Positions 36,898 through 46,599 of a stretch of 64,000 nt of DNA are shown piece after piece. The notes below the pieces were generated by a model. It ran no database searches, had not been told where the DNA came from, and saw only the letters and a list, made by a program, of their open reading frames with translations. The position numbers and the translations under genes are program-made. This DNA comes from Promethearchaeota archaeon (GTDB lineage: Archaea; Asgardarchaeota; Lokiarchaeia; Sigyniarchaeales; SOKP01). Numbering within the stretch: position 1 is the first letter of the stretch; the number at the start of each line of letters is the position of its first letter. The stretch spans positions 1 to 64,000 of the forward strand of contig JAEOSU010000080.1 in NCBI GenBank assembly GCA_016840165.1. The letters run 5' to 3'.

Positions 36898-37865
36898 TTA
36901 ATTGTATGATGAGTGATTTCATTATATTTCTCTTGAATTTCCATGGCGCTAGGCATGGATTTCTGGGCGCCTTTTCTAGTTACTGCAATTGAGGCTGCCG
37001 CAGTCGCATATTTCACTGCACTGATTATATTTTCTCCTTGGGTTAATTTACTCGCTAAAACACCATTAAAACAATCCCCGGCTCCAACAGTATCAATTGC
37101 TTTAACCTTAAGTGCTGGTACTTTAATTGCTTCTGCCACTTCTGATTTATAAATCAAGGATCCCTTTTTCCCTAAAGTTGTTATTATGGTTTTTAGACCT
37201 AAATTTGCTAGATTTTGTGAAGCTTGAATAATTTTGTTGTCTTGAGTTTCTGTGAGTTTGTTTAAATTAAGTAAGGAATGAAGTCTTATCAACTCACCTT
37301 CATTAGGAACAATAATGTCGATCTGGGCCAATAAATCCTGAGGAATAGGTTTGAGGGGAGCTGGATTTAATATTTTTATTACTTTTCCTTTTGATGCGAT
37401 TTGAAATATCTTTTTTATAGTTTCCATTGGAATCTCCATTTGGACTATGAGTGAAGTGGCATTTTTAATGATTGTTTCATTTTTTTCTATTTCACTAGGT
37501 TTTAATTTGACATTTGCTCCTGGCGCAACGCTTATCATATTCTCTCCATTCTCATCAATCATTATAAATGCAATTCCGCTTGCTTCTTTTTCATCTCTTA
37601 TTATGTAATTTACGTTAATGCCTTCTTTTTCTAATTGAGAAAGCATACTATCTCCAAATAAATCTTTCCCAATTTTTGCAATAAATATTGTTTTAGAACC
37701 CGATCTTGCTGATGCGACTGCTTGATTCGCGCCTTTTCCTCCTAAAAACTGTTTAAAAGTTCCACCGGTGACTGTTTCCCCCTTTTTAGGTAAACGCTCT
37801 GAATAAATATTCATGTCAATATTACTGGAACCGATTATTAATACATAAGGCTCTTTAGTTGACAT
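36894..37865 (-). CDS. rbsK: Ribokinase
   Basis: GSSNID, GGKGANQAVA, NPAP, PNEGE, DTVGAGDCFNG. Confidence 0.94.
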   Translation of the reverse strand: MSTKEPYVLIIGSSNIDMNIYSERLPKKGETVTGGTFKQFLGGKGANQAVASARSGSKTIFIAKIGKDLFGDSMLSQLEKEGINVNYIIRDEKEASGIAFIMIDENGENMISVAPGANVKLKPSEIEKNETIIKNATSLIVQMEIPMETIKKIFQIASKGKVIKILNPAPLKPIPQDLLAQIDIIVPNEGELIRLHSLLNLNKLTETQDNKIIQASQNLANLGLKTIITTLGKKGSLIYKSEVAEAIKVPALKVKAIDTVGAGDCFNGVLASKLTQGENIISAVKYATAAASIAVTRKGAQKSMPSAMEIQEKYNEITHHTIK

Positions 37866-38107
37866 ATTAAATAGTATAATGAATTAATTATAAAAATTAA
37901 TAATCTAGACACTAATTATGAATCATTTTACTTAAAAGCAATTAATACCTTTAATTTAAATTTTAAGCGTTTTTAAGCGAAATTATTTATTTTTAGACCT
38001 TTGGTTAGCATGTACAAAAGCAAATGGTTTTAATTCAATATTATTTTAACAAAAAATATTAGATATATTCTTTTTTTTTTGAAAATAAATCTACAAAAAA
38101 ATTTAAA

Positions 38108-38446
38108 ATGGTAATTATTATGGCTAAAGATAAAATTATCGGATTTATAGTCATGATTCTCGGCATCTTAATCGCCATTGTCTACACCATGGGAAGCGTT
38201 ATAGACCTTTGGTTCTCAACGTGGGGTGGTGACCCTCTTTGGGCTCATAATGTGTTCGGAGAATTTATTGGTAGCATTCTAAGCTGGGAACTCTTTGTTG
38301 TATTACCTTTATGGCTAATTGTAATCCTTATTTCCATCATCGCTATCTGGATTGGTTACAGCATGCTCACTACCCCAGCACCAGTTCCTCTCGAGGAGCT
38401 AGAAGAGGAATTAGCCGCAGAAGAGGAAGCCGAGGAAACTTCATAA
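38108..38446 (+). CDS. Conserved archaeal 2-TM protein
   Basis: Two TM segments then WIGYSMLTTPAPVPLEELEEE motif. Confidence 0.7.
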   Translation: MVIIMAKDKIIGFIVMILGILIAIVYTMGSVIDLWFSTWGGDPLWAHNVFGEFIGSILSWELFVVLPLWLIVILISIIAIWIGYSMLTTPAPVPLEELEEELAAEEEAEETS

Positions 38447-38490
38447 ATATTTAATATCTTTTTTTTATTTTTTCATTTATCCACAATATT

Positions 38491-39609
38491 TCAATTATCT
38501 GCTATATGAAATGAGTTAATTAGTCCATCTTCGTAACAAATTATCAACATTTTAGTTGCTGGTTCATACTGTATCGCATTTACACATGATTTATAATTAA
38601 TACTAGATCTTATGGTGCCATTTTTCTCATCTAAGATTAGTAGTTCACCTTGTGTTGTTCCAATAGCAATAAAACTTTGACCTGTTATTTGAAATCTTAA
38701 TATTGCTTCGACATTCTTATTTTGTAATTCCCAAATAGGCTCTAAATTTTGATGAATGCATAGCAGCTTTGAAGTGAAATTAATTTCTTGAATTGGTTTA
38801 GAGTGATCCAGATACTCGAATGAGTAAGAACTTACTAATAATGAATCTTTAATTGAACTTGGAAACGAGAGACATTTCCAGACATAATCATCAAACTCAA
38901 TAGTCTTAATCTCTTCTTGAGATTCCTTATCGATAAGGTGAAGTTGTTTATCATCTCCTCCACATATTATCAGTATTCCCTTATTAGAATTAATATAATC
39001 AACAAACCGAACTTTATCTGAAAACCGTTTAAACCATAATAAATTTCCATTAATGGCTTCAAATACTCTTATAGTTCCATCATTTGCGCATGCAAACACT
39101 TCTTTTTTATTGCTATTTTTACGATCTGCCCAGATTTTGGCATCTTCAATACCATCTTCGAAAAGTTGACCCCATACTAATGATCCATCATTACTGTTCA
39201 AAATTCTGAGACTTCTGTCAAGAGAATAAGCAATGATTTCAAGAAGTTCATCATTAGTTATATCCCCAATTCTAAAGCCGCTAACAGAAGAGCCAAACTG
39301 ATGTGCCCATAAAGGTTCTAACGTAGTTTGAGATGATATTTGAAAGATTCTTAGAAGCCCATCCATTCCCCCAAGTATTAATTCCTCGATCCCATCATTA
39401 TTTAAATCATAAATTTCTATATTCCAGATTGGTGAATTTTCAGTGATTTCTTCTTCAATTAACAATTTACCATTTAAATCTAAGGCTAAAATTTTTCCCG
39501 ATTTCGTGGATAAATATAGCTTTATAGTTTGTTCTTTTGTAGGACTACTCAATTTTGCTCCGAGAATCGACTCCTTATATTTGAAAGTCCATTTTTTTTT
39601 CAACTGCAT
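38491..39609 (-). CDS. Beta-propeller (FG-GAP/WD40/PQQ-like) protein
   Basis: Repeated D.NNDG..EL..G..DG.LRIF....G.L.W blades. Confidence 0.8.
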   Translation of the reverse strand: MQLKKKWTFKYKESILGAKLSSPTKEQTIKLYLSTKSGKILALDLNGKLLIEEEITENSPIWNIEIYDLNNDGIEELILGGMDGLLRIFQISSQTTLEPLWAHQFGSSVSGFRIGDITNDELLEIIAYSLDRSLRILNSNDGSLVWGQLFEDGIEDAKIWADRKNSNKKEVFACANDGTIRVFEAINGNLLWFKRFSDKVRFVDYINSNKGILIICGGDDKQLHLIDKESQEEIKTIEFDDYVWKCLSFPSSIKDSLLVSSYSFEYLDHSKPIQEINFTSKLLCIHQNLEPIWELQNKNVEAILRFQITGQSFIAIGTTQGELLILDEKNGTIRSSINYKSCVNAIQYEPATKMLIICYEDGLINSFHIADN

Positions 39610-39754
39610 TTTATTAAATTATAAATATATCATGATTTCTATATTTCTTTTCATGATTAATTGAAGATTATAATTGACATAATATTATATAATAAGTTGA
39701 TTTAGTTACGTTTAATATCTTAATTTATTCAAAATTAATAAATGGGGATAAAAT

Positions 39755-40216
39755 ATGTCTGAAGAGAGAAGAATCGATTATTTTTCTGCAATCGTGCTTA
39801 TCTTGAGTATTATCGCACTAGTAATGCTCTTGATTGGTCCATTTGGAGGTTTAGATATTCCACTTTACTCTTGGAATGGATTTTCTTGTCTTTACTGCGA
39901 ATATTCTACAATTTTAGATTATATCATGCAAGTTTTCATAGTAATTTTATTAATCCTCCAAATAGTAATGGCGATTAATAATTTAATTCCACAGCCATTC
40001 ATTCGGGAAGATTCACCGGTTGGTTTCCTTGGAACCTCAATGTTTGGTATTATATCATCAATTTTAATTTGGGGTTTTGCAATTATTGGACTTATCTCTT
40101 TCGGAGTAACGTATGAATATACTGATTGGTGGATGGATATTGGTTTTTATGGACCTGTTGTCGCAGGATTAATAAGTATGATTTTGTATATCCTAAAACA
40201 TCTAAATAAAATATAA
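39755..40216 (+). CDS. 4-TM membrane protein
   Basis: Four hydrophobic segments; CxxC in the first loop; W..IGFYG before TM4. Confidence 0.7.
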   Translation: MSEERRIDYFSAIVLILSIIALVMLLIGPFGGLDIPLYSWNGFSCLYCEYSTILDYIMQVFIVILLILQIVMAINNLIPQPFIREDSPVGFLGTSMFGIISSILIWGFAIIGLISFGVTYEYTDWWMDIGFYGPVVAGLISMILYILKHLNKI

Positions 40217-40349
40217 TTCCTTTTTTTTCTATTTATTAAAAAGATATTAAAATGAATCAAGATAAGAACGAAATTTATATTTTTTATTTTATTCTCTTTA
40301 TCAAAGATAATTTTTTTATCATTATATCATAAAAAAAGGAGAAATTAAA

Positions 40350-40547
40350 ATGAGCTTTGGAATCGAAATTGATATGGATGCTTGTACTGGATGTGGAACT
40401 TGCTATGAAGTTTGCCCAAGCGAATGTTTTGGGGAACCTGAGGGCGGTAAAGTAAATATTATTGAAGAAAATAGAGAAGATTGTGTGGGCTGTAGAGCCT
40501 GCGAAACCCAATGTCCAGAAGAAGCAATTACCATAACAGAAGACTAA
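40350..40547 (+). CDS. 2x[4Fe-4S] ferredoxin
   Basis: CTGCGTCYEVCP and CVGCRACETQCP. Confidence 0.95.
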   Translation: MSFGIEIDMDACTGCGTCYEVCPSECFGEPEGGKVNIIEENREDCVGCRACETQCPEEAITITED

Positions 40548-40676
40548 AATCTGTCACTTTTTTTTGACTACTTTTTTTTAATTTTTTTTTATTATTGTTC
40601 GTGAAATCTGCCTTTTACGAATGTTCCGATATATCTCTATATTGTGCTAATATATATGAGAAAAAGATAAAATCAT

Positions 40677-41789
40677 TTACCATAACAATATTTTGCCACA
40701 ATTTTTACAAGTTCCTTCATTGATTTGCTGATTTAAACACTGGTCATGGTATTGAGTTCCACATGCTTGACATTTAAAAATTTGGCCGCTATATTCTGCA
40801 AAATCATATCCACAATATCCACACTTCTTCCCATATGAAAAATCAGCACTATTAACGTCTAATTTAATAATTTGGGAAGTTCCTGTAAGTCCTACATTGG
40901 TAGTTGTTGGATCGACATATGTATTTTGATTACTAGAAAGACTGTATTGCTGGTTTGAATCAACTGATGGAGTCTCCCAGTCAGAAACATAACCTTGATT
41001 AGGAGTTTTCTTAATTCCCATTTTTAATGATATTCTTTCATCAAGAATATTAGTTAAAATTAATGCTGAAGCATATTTACCTTTTACGTTCCCTTTCTGT
41101 AAATGAGTGTGTGAAATTAGGTGAATAATACGACCTCCTGTTTTTCCATAATCGAAATAGCATAAAACTGGAGCCTCTCCCCATTTTGTTTTTATTTCCC
41201 ATGATGCAATTAAAACTTTTACAGCAACTGGATTAAGCACCTGAATTGGAAAGCTACGATTTTCGAGCCACCATCGAAATTCGGTTTTTTTTGTATTTTT
41301 TGCTGAAGGTTTATGCCATTTATCGAGCTGTATTTCTGTTAATACACCCTCTAGAAAGGGATGTTGAGGTTCAAGAATCTGACAAGCAACTACCGCATCA
41401 GCGGTACGATTTCCATTCCATCTTATAAATCCGGGAAAAATTACTTCAATAATATATTTTATTGCCCAGTCAGTAGTTATTATCCATCCTCCATGATTAT
41501 TTACATAATCACTTATTTTTGAATATGCGGAATGAGGTATCTGATCTCCAGGGCATCCAATTAGAACTACATCATAATCAGTAAGATTTTTTTTCATAAT
41601 ATGCTTTGGCTTAATTGTTTCATGGACAGCTGCATACATATGATTGACTACTTTCTCAGGTTTTTCATACCGACCTTCTACAGCAAGAATTTTTCCATGA
41701 CTTTCAACTGCTTTCACAACATCTTTTTTATCCAGAGCTTCCATTTTTCTACGTTTAACTTCTGAATAGAGATCCTTCCAACTACTCAT
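40677..41789 (-). CDS. Class-I glutamine amidotransferase-like domain + C-terminal C4HC3 (RING/PHD-like) finger
   Basis: DYDVVLIGCPG...YV.NHGG.I.TTDWA; C-x2-C-x13-C-x2-C-x4-H-x2-C-x9-C-x2-C after a Ser/Thr/Gln linker. Confidence 0.65.
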   Translation of the reverse strand: MSSWKDLYSEVKRRKMEALDKKDVVKAVESHGKILAVEGRYEKPEKVVNHMYAAVHETIKPKHIMKKNLTDYDVVLIGCPGDQIPHSAYSKISDYVNNHGGWIITTDWAIKYIIEVIFPGFIRWNGNRTADAVVACQILEPQHPFLEGVLTEIQLDKWHKPSAKNTKKTEFRWWLENRSFPIQVLNPVAVKVLIASWEIKTKWGEAPVLCYFDYGKTGGRIIHLISHTHLQKGNVKGKYASALILTNILDERISLKMGIKKTPNQGYVSDWETPSVDSNQQYSLSSNQNTYVDPTTTNVGLTGTSQIIKLDVNSADFSYGKKCGYCGYDFAEYSGQIFKCQACGTQYHDQCLNQQINEGTCKNCGKILLW

Positions 41790-41885
41790 TTTGATGTCAA
41801 CCTTAAAGATTTTAAATTATAATTTGTTAGTTTTATAAGTAATAAAAGATAATTCCTATATATATTTTCATTTAAAGCGAGAATC

Positions 41886-43376
41886 ATGGAAGAATTAAAA
41901 CAATTAGGCAGTCCCACCGAATTCTGGGAGTATTTTTATGAAATTTCTAAAATTCCACGTTGTTCGGGCAAGGAAGAAAAAGTAAGGGAATATATTAACA
42001 ATGAAGCTAAGAAGCTTGGATTTAAAACAGAAATTGATGATGTTAAGAATCTCCTAATTAAAATTCCCGGCAAAAATGATGATACGATAACGGTAGTACT
42101 CCAAAGTCACATGGATATTGTATGTGAAAAAAATAAGGATAGTGATCATGATTTTGCGCATGATCCATTAGATTTAGAACTTATTGAATTTGAAAATGAG
42201 AAATGGGTTACTGCAAAGGGAACTACTTTAGGAGCTGATAATGGGGTTGGAATTGGGTACCAATTAGCGATCATGAAACAGATCTCTGAGAAAAAATTAA
42301 ATTTGGATAAAATTAATCTAAAACTTCTTTTTACTGTTGACGAAGAGATGGGATTAAAAGGAGCAAGTCAATTAAATCGTGAATTTGCTAAGGGAGATTA
42401 TTTAATTAATCTTGATTCTGAGGATGATAAATCTTTTACTGTAGGATGTGCAGGTGGTATCCAATTTAGAACAAGGTTTAAACTTTATTCTCGAAACTTC
42501 GTAGATGAAGAATATGTTCCATTAAAAATTCAAATAAAAGGCCTTTTAGGAGGCCATTCTGGAGTAGATATTGATAAAGGAAGAGGCCATTCTGTTAAAA
42601 TTATAACTCAAATTCTTTGGAATGTAAATAATGAATTTGAAATTAAGATAAATTCAATAAATGGAGGTAACTTATCTAATGCCATTCCAAGAGAAGCTCA
42701 AGCGATTATTCTTATAAAAAGAAACAAAAAGAAAGATTTGACTGAGTTTGTTGAACAACATTTTACGGAGATAAAAAAATTATATGATGGAATCGAACCA
42801 AACATGAAATTAGAAATTGACGAAGTAGATTTGGGTCACAATTTCAAAGTAATGGAAGAAGATTTCCAAAATAAGCTTTTAAATCTTTTTTATATGATAC
42901 CTACTGGCCCAATTTATTTTCATCCACGAATAGAAGGACTAGTTCATACATCTATGAATTTTGCAACAATAAAAAGCCAAGAGCAAGTAATAAAGATTCG
43001 TATCAGTATTAGGAGTATCAGTAATTACGATAAAGAAATTTTACATAATAAATTATTAACTCTAATGAATTTATCAAATTTGGAATATGAGACATATAAA
43101 TATGTAAAATATCCTAGTTGGCCTCCTAAATTTGATTCAAAACTAAATTCAATAGCTAAAGAAATTTATATGAATTTATATAACGAAGAGGTCGAAATAG
43201 AAGCAATTCATGCAGGTTTAGAATGCGCATACTTCAGTGATTATTTTCCTGAAATGGAGGTTATATCGTTTGGACCCGATATAAAAGGAGGGCACTCACC
43301 CGATGAAAAATTACGCGTAAAAAGTGTTCCAAAAATATGGAATATTTTAATTAATTTGCTAAATAAATTGGATTAA
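41886..43376 (+). CDS. pepD: Aminoacyl-histidine dipeptidase (M20C)
   Basis: QSHMDIVCEK, GTTLGADNG, FTVDEEMG, NLDSE, GGHSG, IHAGLEC, HSPDE. Confidence 0.94.
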   Translation: MEELKQLGSPTEFWEYFYEISKIPRCSGKEEKVREYINNEAKKLGFKTEIDDVKNLLIKIPGKNDDTITVVLQSHMDIVCEKNKDSDHDFAHDPLDLELIEFENEKWVTAKGTTLGADNGVGIGYQLAIMKQISEKKLNLDKINLKLLFTVDEEMGLKGASQLNREFAKGDYLINLDSEDDKSFTVGCAGGIQFRTRFKLYSRNFVDEEYVPLKIQIKGLLGGHSGVDIDKGRGHSVKIITQILWNVNNEFEIKINSINGGNLSNAIPREAQAIILIKRNKKKDLTEFVEQHFTEIKKLYDGIEPNMKLEIDEVDLGHNFKVMEEDFQNKLLNLFYMIPTGPIYFHPRIEGLVHTSMNFATIKSQEQVIKIRISIRSISNYDKEILHNKLLTLMNLSNLEYETYKYVKYPSWPPKFDSKLNSIAKEIYMNLYNEEVEIEAIHAGLECAYFSDYFPEMEVISFGPDIKGGHSPDEKLRVKSVPKIWNILINLLNKLD

Positions 43377-43426
43377 ATTTTCTGAAAATTCTGATAAGGC
43401 GTTTTAATGAAGAATAAAATTTTAAA

Positions 43427-43999
43427 GTGAAAAATATTTATAAAATTAAGAGATATAAAATTGTTGTTATCATGGAAAAAGAATCGAAGCTTAAAATTAA
43501 ATCGGAAACTGATGAAATTCTCGGATCAGAAACTATATTTGAAAAATTAAAAGGGAAAACTCCTTGGATTTTTGGAAAAAAAATAAGAAAACCTAAACTG
43601 GTATATCCAAAGATCAAGTTACCTCGAATGGATATGCCCTTACCAGCGAGATCCTTAGTTATAATTATCGTTTATATAGCACTGTTTTTACTTCAAACCG
43701 GAATAGTATACATTGTATTTAAGGAGCCATTAGCCATCGGGGCGGATTCAAGTGGTAATCCAGTAATTCTTTATCCAAGTATTCAAGATGCTTTTATTAT
43801 TGAAAGTATTGTTGCCTCAGTATTCATATTCTTGTGCTCTGTAGGATTTGTTATGCTATATCAGGCTTCGAAATATGTCTATAATAAAAAGATTGCCATT
43901 AGAATCCTTGTATTAGGAATTCTCCTCATAATCTCTACATTTTTCGCTTTACAAGCGATGATTACCGTTAAATTAGGAGAATCTTTATTTAATGTGTAA
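43427..43999 (+). CDS. Oligosaccharyltransferase OSTC/DC2 (OST3/OST6 family)-like subunit
   Basis: PKIKLP...P....V....FLL..GIVY....EP.AIG...FIIES..AS..F...GF..L; 3 TM segments ending VKLG; ATG at 43472 is a likelier start. Confidence 0.78.
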   Translation: MKNIYKIKRYKIVVIMEKESKLKIKSETDEILGSETIFEKLKGKTPWIFGKKIRKPKLVYPKIKLPRMDMPLPARSLVIIIVYIALFLLQTGIVYIVFKEPLAIGADSSGNPVILYPSIQDAFIIESIVASVFIFLCSVGFVMLYQASKYVYNKKIAIRILVLGILLIISTFFALQAMITVKLGESLFNV

Positions 44000-44016
44000 T
44001 AATAATTAAATTGGAG

Positions 44017-45168
44017 TTATTTTAATTCAATTATTTTTACTTCATCATAATCCGTTATAATTTTGTATAATCCTCTCATTTCCTTATCCAAATCAGAATC
44101 TCTTGAATCAATCCAAAGAAACTTATTGGGAATACTTAGGAGTTTAGCTTTGGTTGCAATAATTATGATATTACTTAAAGATATACGTTTGAGGATTTTT
44201 GGTGTAAATTGAAGATTTCCTCTTCCAAATAAAAATCCTTGTCTCCCGATAATCGAGACAATAATCTTAATTGGTCGATTTTTCACATAGTTTAAAATCT
44301 GGTTTTCGTTTAAGTCATATGCAATTATTTTTTTGTTATAAAGTAAATCTACTCCTAATAATGTTTTTTGAACACCCAATTTATCTGTTATTGCCTTAAC
44401 AGTTGTTCCAGGTCCTAATAAATAATATGTTTCTTTTTCAAGATCTTCAATAATTTTATCAGCAATTCTTTCTTGATTATTTTGGTCAGTATCTGGTGAG
44501 CCCAATTTCGAATATTGGCAAAATTCGGGTGAGTGTGGCGTAAGGAGATACCCATATAATATGGAGACAAGTTCTCCCTTTCTATATGCTTCTTCATCTA
44601 TATCTAAGACTTCAGATTTAGTTAATGATAATTGATCCCATAAAAATTGTACTACTATATTAGCAGCAGCAGTAGGATTTATTGCAAAAACACTAGAATA
44701 GATTTTCACCCCCGATGGTATACCTAAACAAGGTCTATTGTCCCCAATTACATCCAAAATGTCTCGCGCTGTACCATCTCCTCCTACAAACAGAATAAGG
44801 TTCACATCTTTCATTGTTTTTATTATTTTGGTCGCTCTCTTAGTATGCTCTGAATTTGTGTCATAAATTCCATTTCCTTTATTAAAAATGGAATCAGATA
44901 TAAGTTCATAAGCGAAATTAAACTTTTTGATTGAATTCTCACCCATATATCCAGGGCAAGTTATAAATTTAATTTTCGATTCAAAACCCTCGAGAGCTTG
45001 TAAGAATATATCTGTTCTCTTGTAAGCATTAGGTTTTCCCCCTAGTTCTATTGCTTTTTTGAGAATATCCTTACCATCAGTTCCTTTTAAACCTACTGAG
45101 CCACCCATTCCTGAAATCGGGTTGACTATCAATCCTAAGATGAATTTATTTGGATTTGACATTTTCAT
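44017..45168 (-). CDS. ATP-NAD kinase / AcoX-like family protein
   Basis: NPISGMGGSVGLKGTDG, GGDGTARD, GIPSGVKIYSSVFA, GFLFGRGNLQ. Confidence 0.88.
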   Translation of the reverse strand: MKMSNPNKFILGLIVNPISGMGGSVGLKGTDGKDILKKAIELGGKPNAYKRTDIFLQALEGFESKIKFITCPGYMGENSIKKFNFAYELISDSIFNKGNGIYDTNSEHTKRATKIIKTMKDVNLILFVGGDGTARDILDVIGDNRPCLGIPSGVKIYSSVFAINPTAAANIVVQFLWDQLSLTKSEVLDIDEEAYRKGELVSILYGYLLTPHSPEFCQYSKLGSPDTDQNNQERIADKIIEDLEKETYYLLGPGTTVKAITDKLGVQKTLLGVDLLYNKKIIAYDLNENQILNYVKNRPIKIIVSIIGRQGFLFGRGNLQFTPKILKRISLSNIIIIATKAKLLSIPNKFLWIDSRDSDLDKEMRGLYKIITDYDEVKIIELK

Positions 45169-45211
45169 TAAAAATAAAAAAAAGAAAAATTTGTGAAAAG
45201 ATTAAGTAGCC

Positions 45212-45625
45212 TTACTTTTGCGTTTCACAAAAAGCATCATAATCGGCTGCGTTATGTAAATTAGCTTTTTCTGCGTCCCAATTTGAAGGTTCAATTATAT
45301 ATAACCAAGTTTCAAAGGGAGCTTCATTGAGCTTTTCTGGTTCATCCATTAAATCACTATTAACTTCTTTTACCGTTCCAGACACAGGACTATAAATATC
45401 GCCAACGGCTTTACTGGATTCAACAGTTGCATCAATTGGATCAGATGATGGCTCATCGCCGTCCATCTTAACTTGAGTTAATTCCGCTCCTTCAAGAGCA
45501 TCAACATCAACAAATGAAATTTCACCGAGTGCTTCAGCCGCAAATGCGGTAATTCCAACTTTACCCGATGAAGGGTCAAACCATTGATGAGTTTTAGTAT
45601 AGAAATAATTTCCAGGTGATCCCAT
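45212..45625 (-). CDS. gcvH: Glycine cleavage system H protein
   Basis: THQW, GITAFA...LGEISFV, VESSKAV (lipoyl lysine), YSPVSG. Confidence 0.93.
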   Translation of the reverse strand: MGSPGNYFYTKTHQWFDPSSGKVGITAFAAEALGEISFVDVDALEGAELTQVKMDGDEPSSDPIDATVESSKAVGDIYSPVSGTVKEVNSDLMDEPEKLNEAPFETWLYIIEPSNWDAEKANLHNAADYDAFCETQK

Positions 45626-45759
45626 TCTTTTTTCACTTCTTAGATTTTAATTTTTTTAAAATTTAATAATAATTGAATTAATTGATAATTTTAATTAATT
45701 ATATAATAGATTTAAAATTTTTTTATTGAAGAATAATTTTCATAGAAAAAAGGAGTCAA

Positions 45760-46590
45760 TTGGTTATATTGATAAGAAGAAAGGTAAATTTCTATGATGA
45801 GTTTAAGGGATGGTACAATACTATTAGCAAAGATTTTAATTATGATGCTCAAAAAGATAGTTTTGCTCGAGATTATTTATCTAATATGATTATGAAAAAA
45901 AATAATTGGAACCTAGAAACTGTCCTCTCATCATTTCAAGACGATTTATTAAAAAAAGAATTTATTTTAGTTTATGGATGTGGACCATCACTTGAAATGA
46001 CATTAGATTTTCTTTTAAGAAATAATGTAGACCTGAATAGTGAAAAAATTTTTAATATTGCCGCAGATGGAGCATCTAGATTATTAAAAGAAAGATATAT
46101 AAAGATAGAGGCAATATTTAGTGATTTAGATGGAATAACGACAAATGAATTTATTTATCCAAATTTCATTGTAGTACATGCGCATGGAGATAATATAGAA
46201 AAGCTTAAAAGATTTGAAAATGAAATACTTGAATTCGAAAAAATTATCTTTACTTGTCAAGTTGAGCCTAATGACTATGTAATCAATCATGGAGGTTTTA
46301 CTGATGGTGATAGAATACTTTTTTTCTTGCGCTCATTGTTAATACCTTTTCATAGAATCTTCCTGATTGGTATGGACTTTATGAACAAAGTGGGAAAGTA
46401 TAGTAAAGTTGGATTTCAAAAAAGTCAAAAAGCAAGTAAGAGTAAACAAAAAAAGCTCAGATATGCAGCTAAACTTATTGATTGGTTAGATGAGTATATT
46501 GAGAATGAAATTTGTTATGTAAATTCACAAAAAACTTCTAAGAGATATAAAAATTTAGATTTAGTACAATTTTTAAAAGAGTTTAAATAG
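45760..46590 (+). CDS. mptE: 6-hydroxymethyl-7,8-dihydropterin pyrophosphokinase MptE-like (DUF115)
   Basis: GCGPSL, AADGA, SDLDG, HAHGDN, GGFTDGDR, GMDF. Confidence 0.85.
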   Translation: MVILIRRKVNFYDEFKGWYNTISKDFNYDAQKDSFARDYLSNMIMKKNNWNLETVLSSFQDDLLKKEFILVYGCGPSLEMTLDFLLRNNVDLNSEKIFNIAADGASRLLKERYIKIEAIFSDLDGITTNEFIYPNFIVVHAHGDNIEKLKRFENEILEFEKIIFTCQVEPNDYVINHGGFTDGDRILFFLRSLLIPFHRIFLIGMDFMNKVGKYSKVGFQKSQKASKSKQKKLRYAAKLIDWLDEYIENEICYVNSQKTSKRYKNLDLVQFLKEFK

Positions 46591-46599
46591 ATAGGATAT

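Noticed and set aside
40598-40621. 9-bp hairpin TTCGTGAAA/TTTTACGAA after the ferredoxin gene
   Set aside because: Short, between convergent genes and without SECIS or other recognisable motif; most simply a terminator-associated or chance structure
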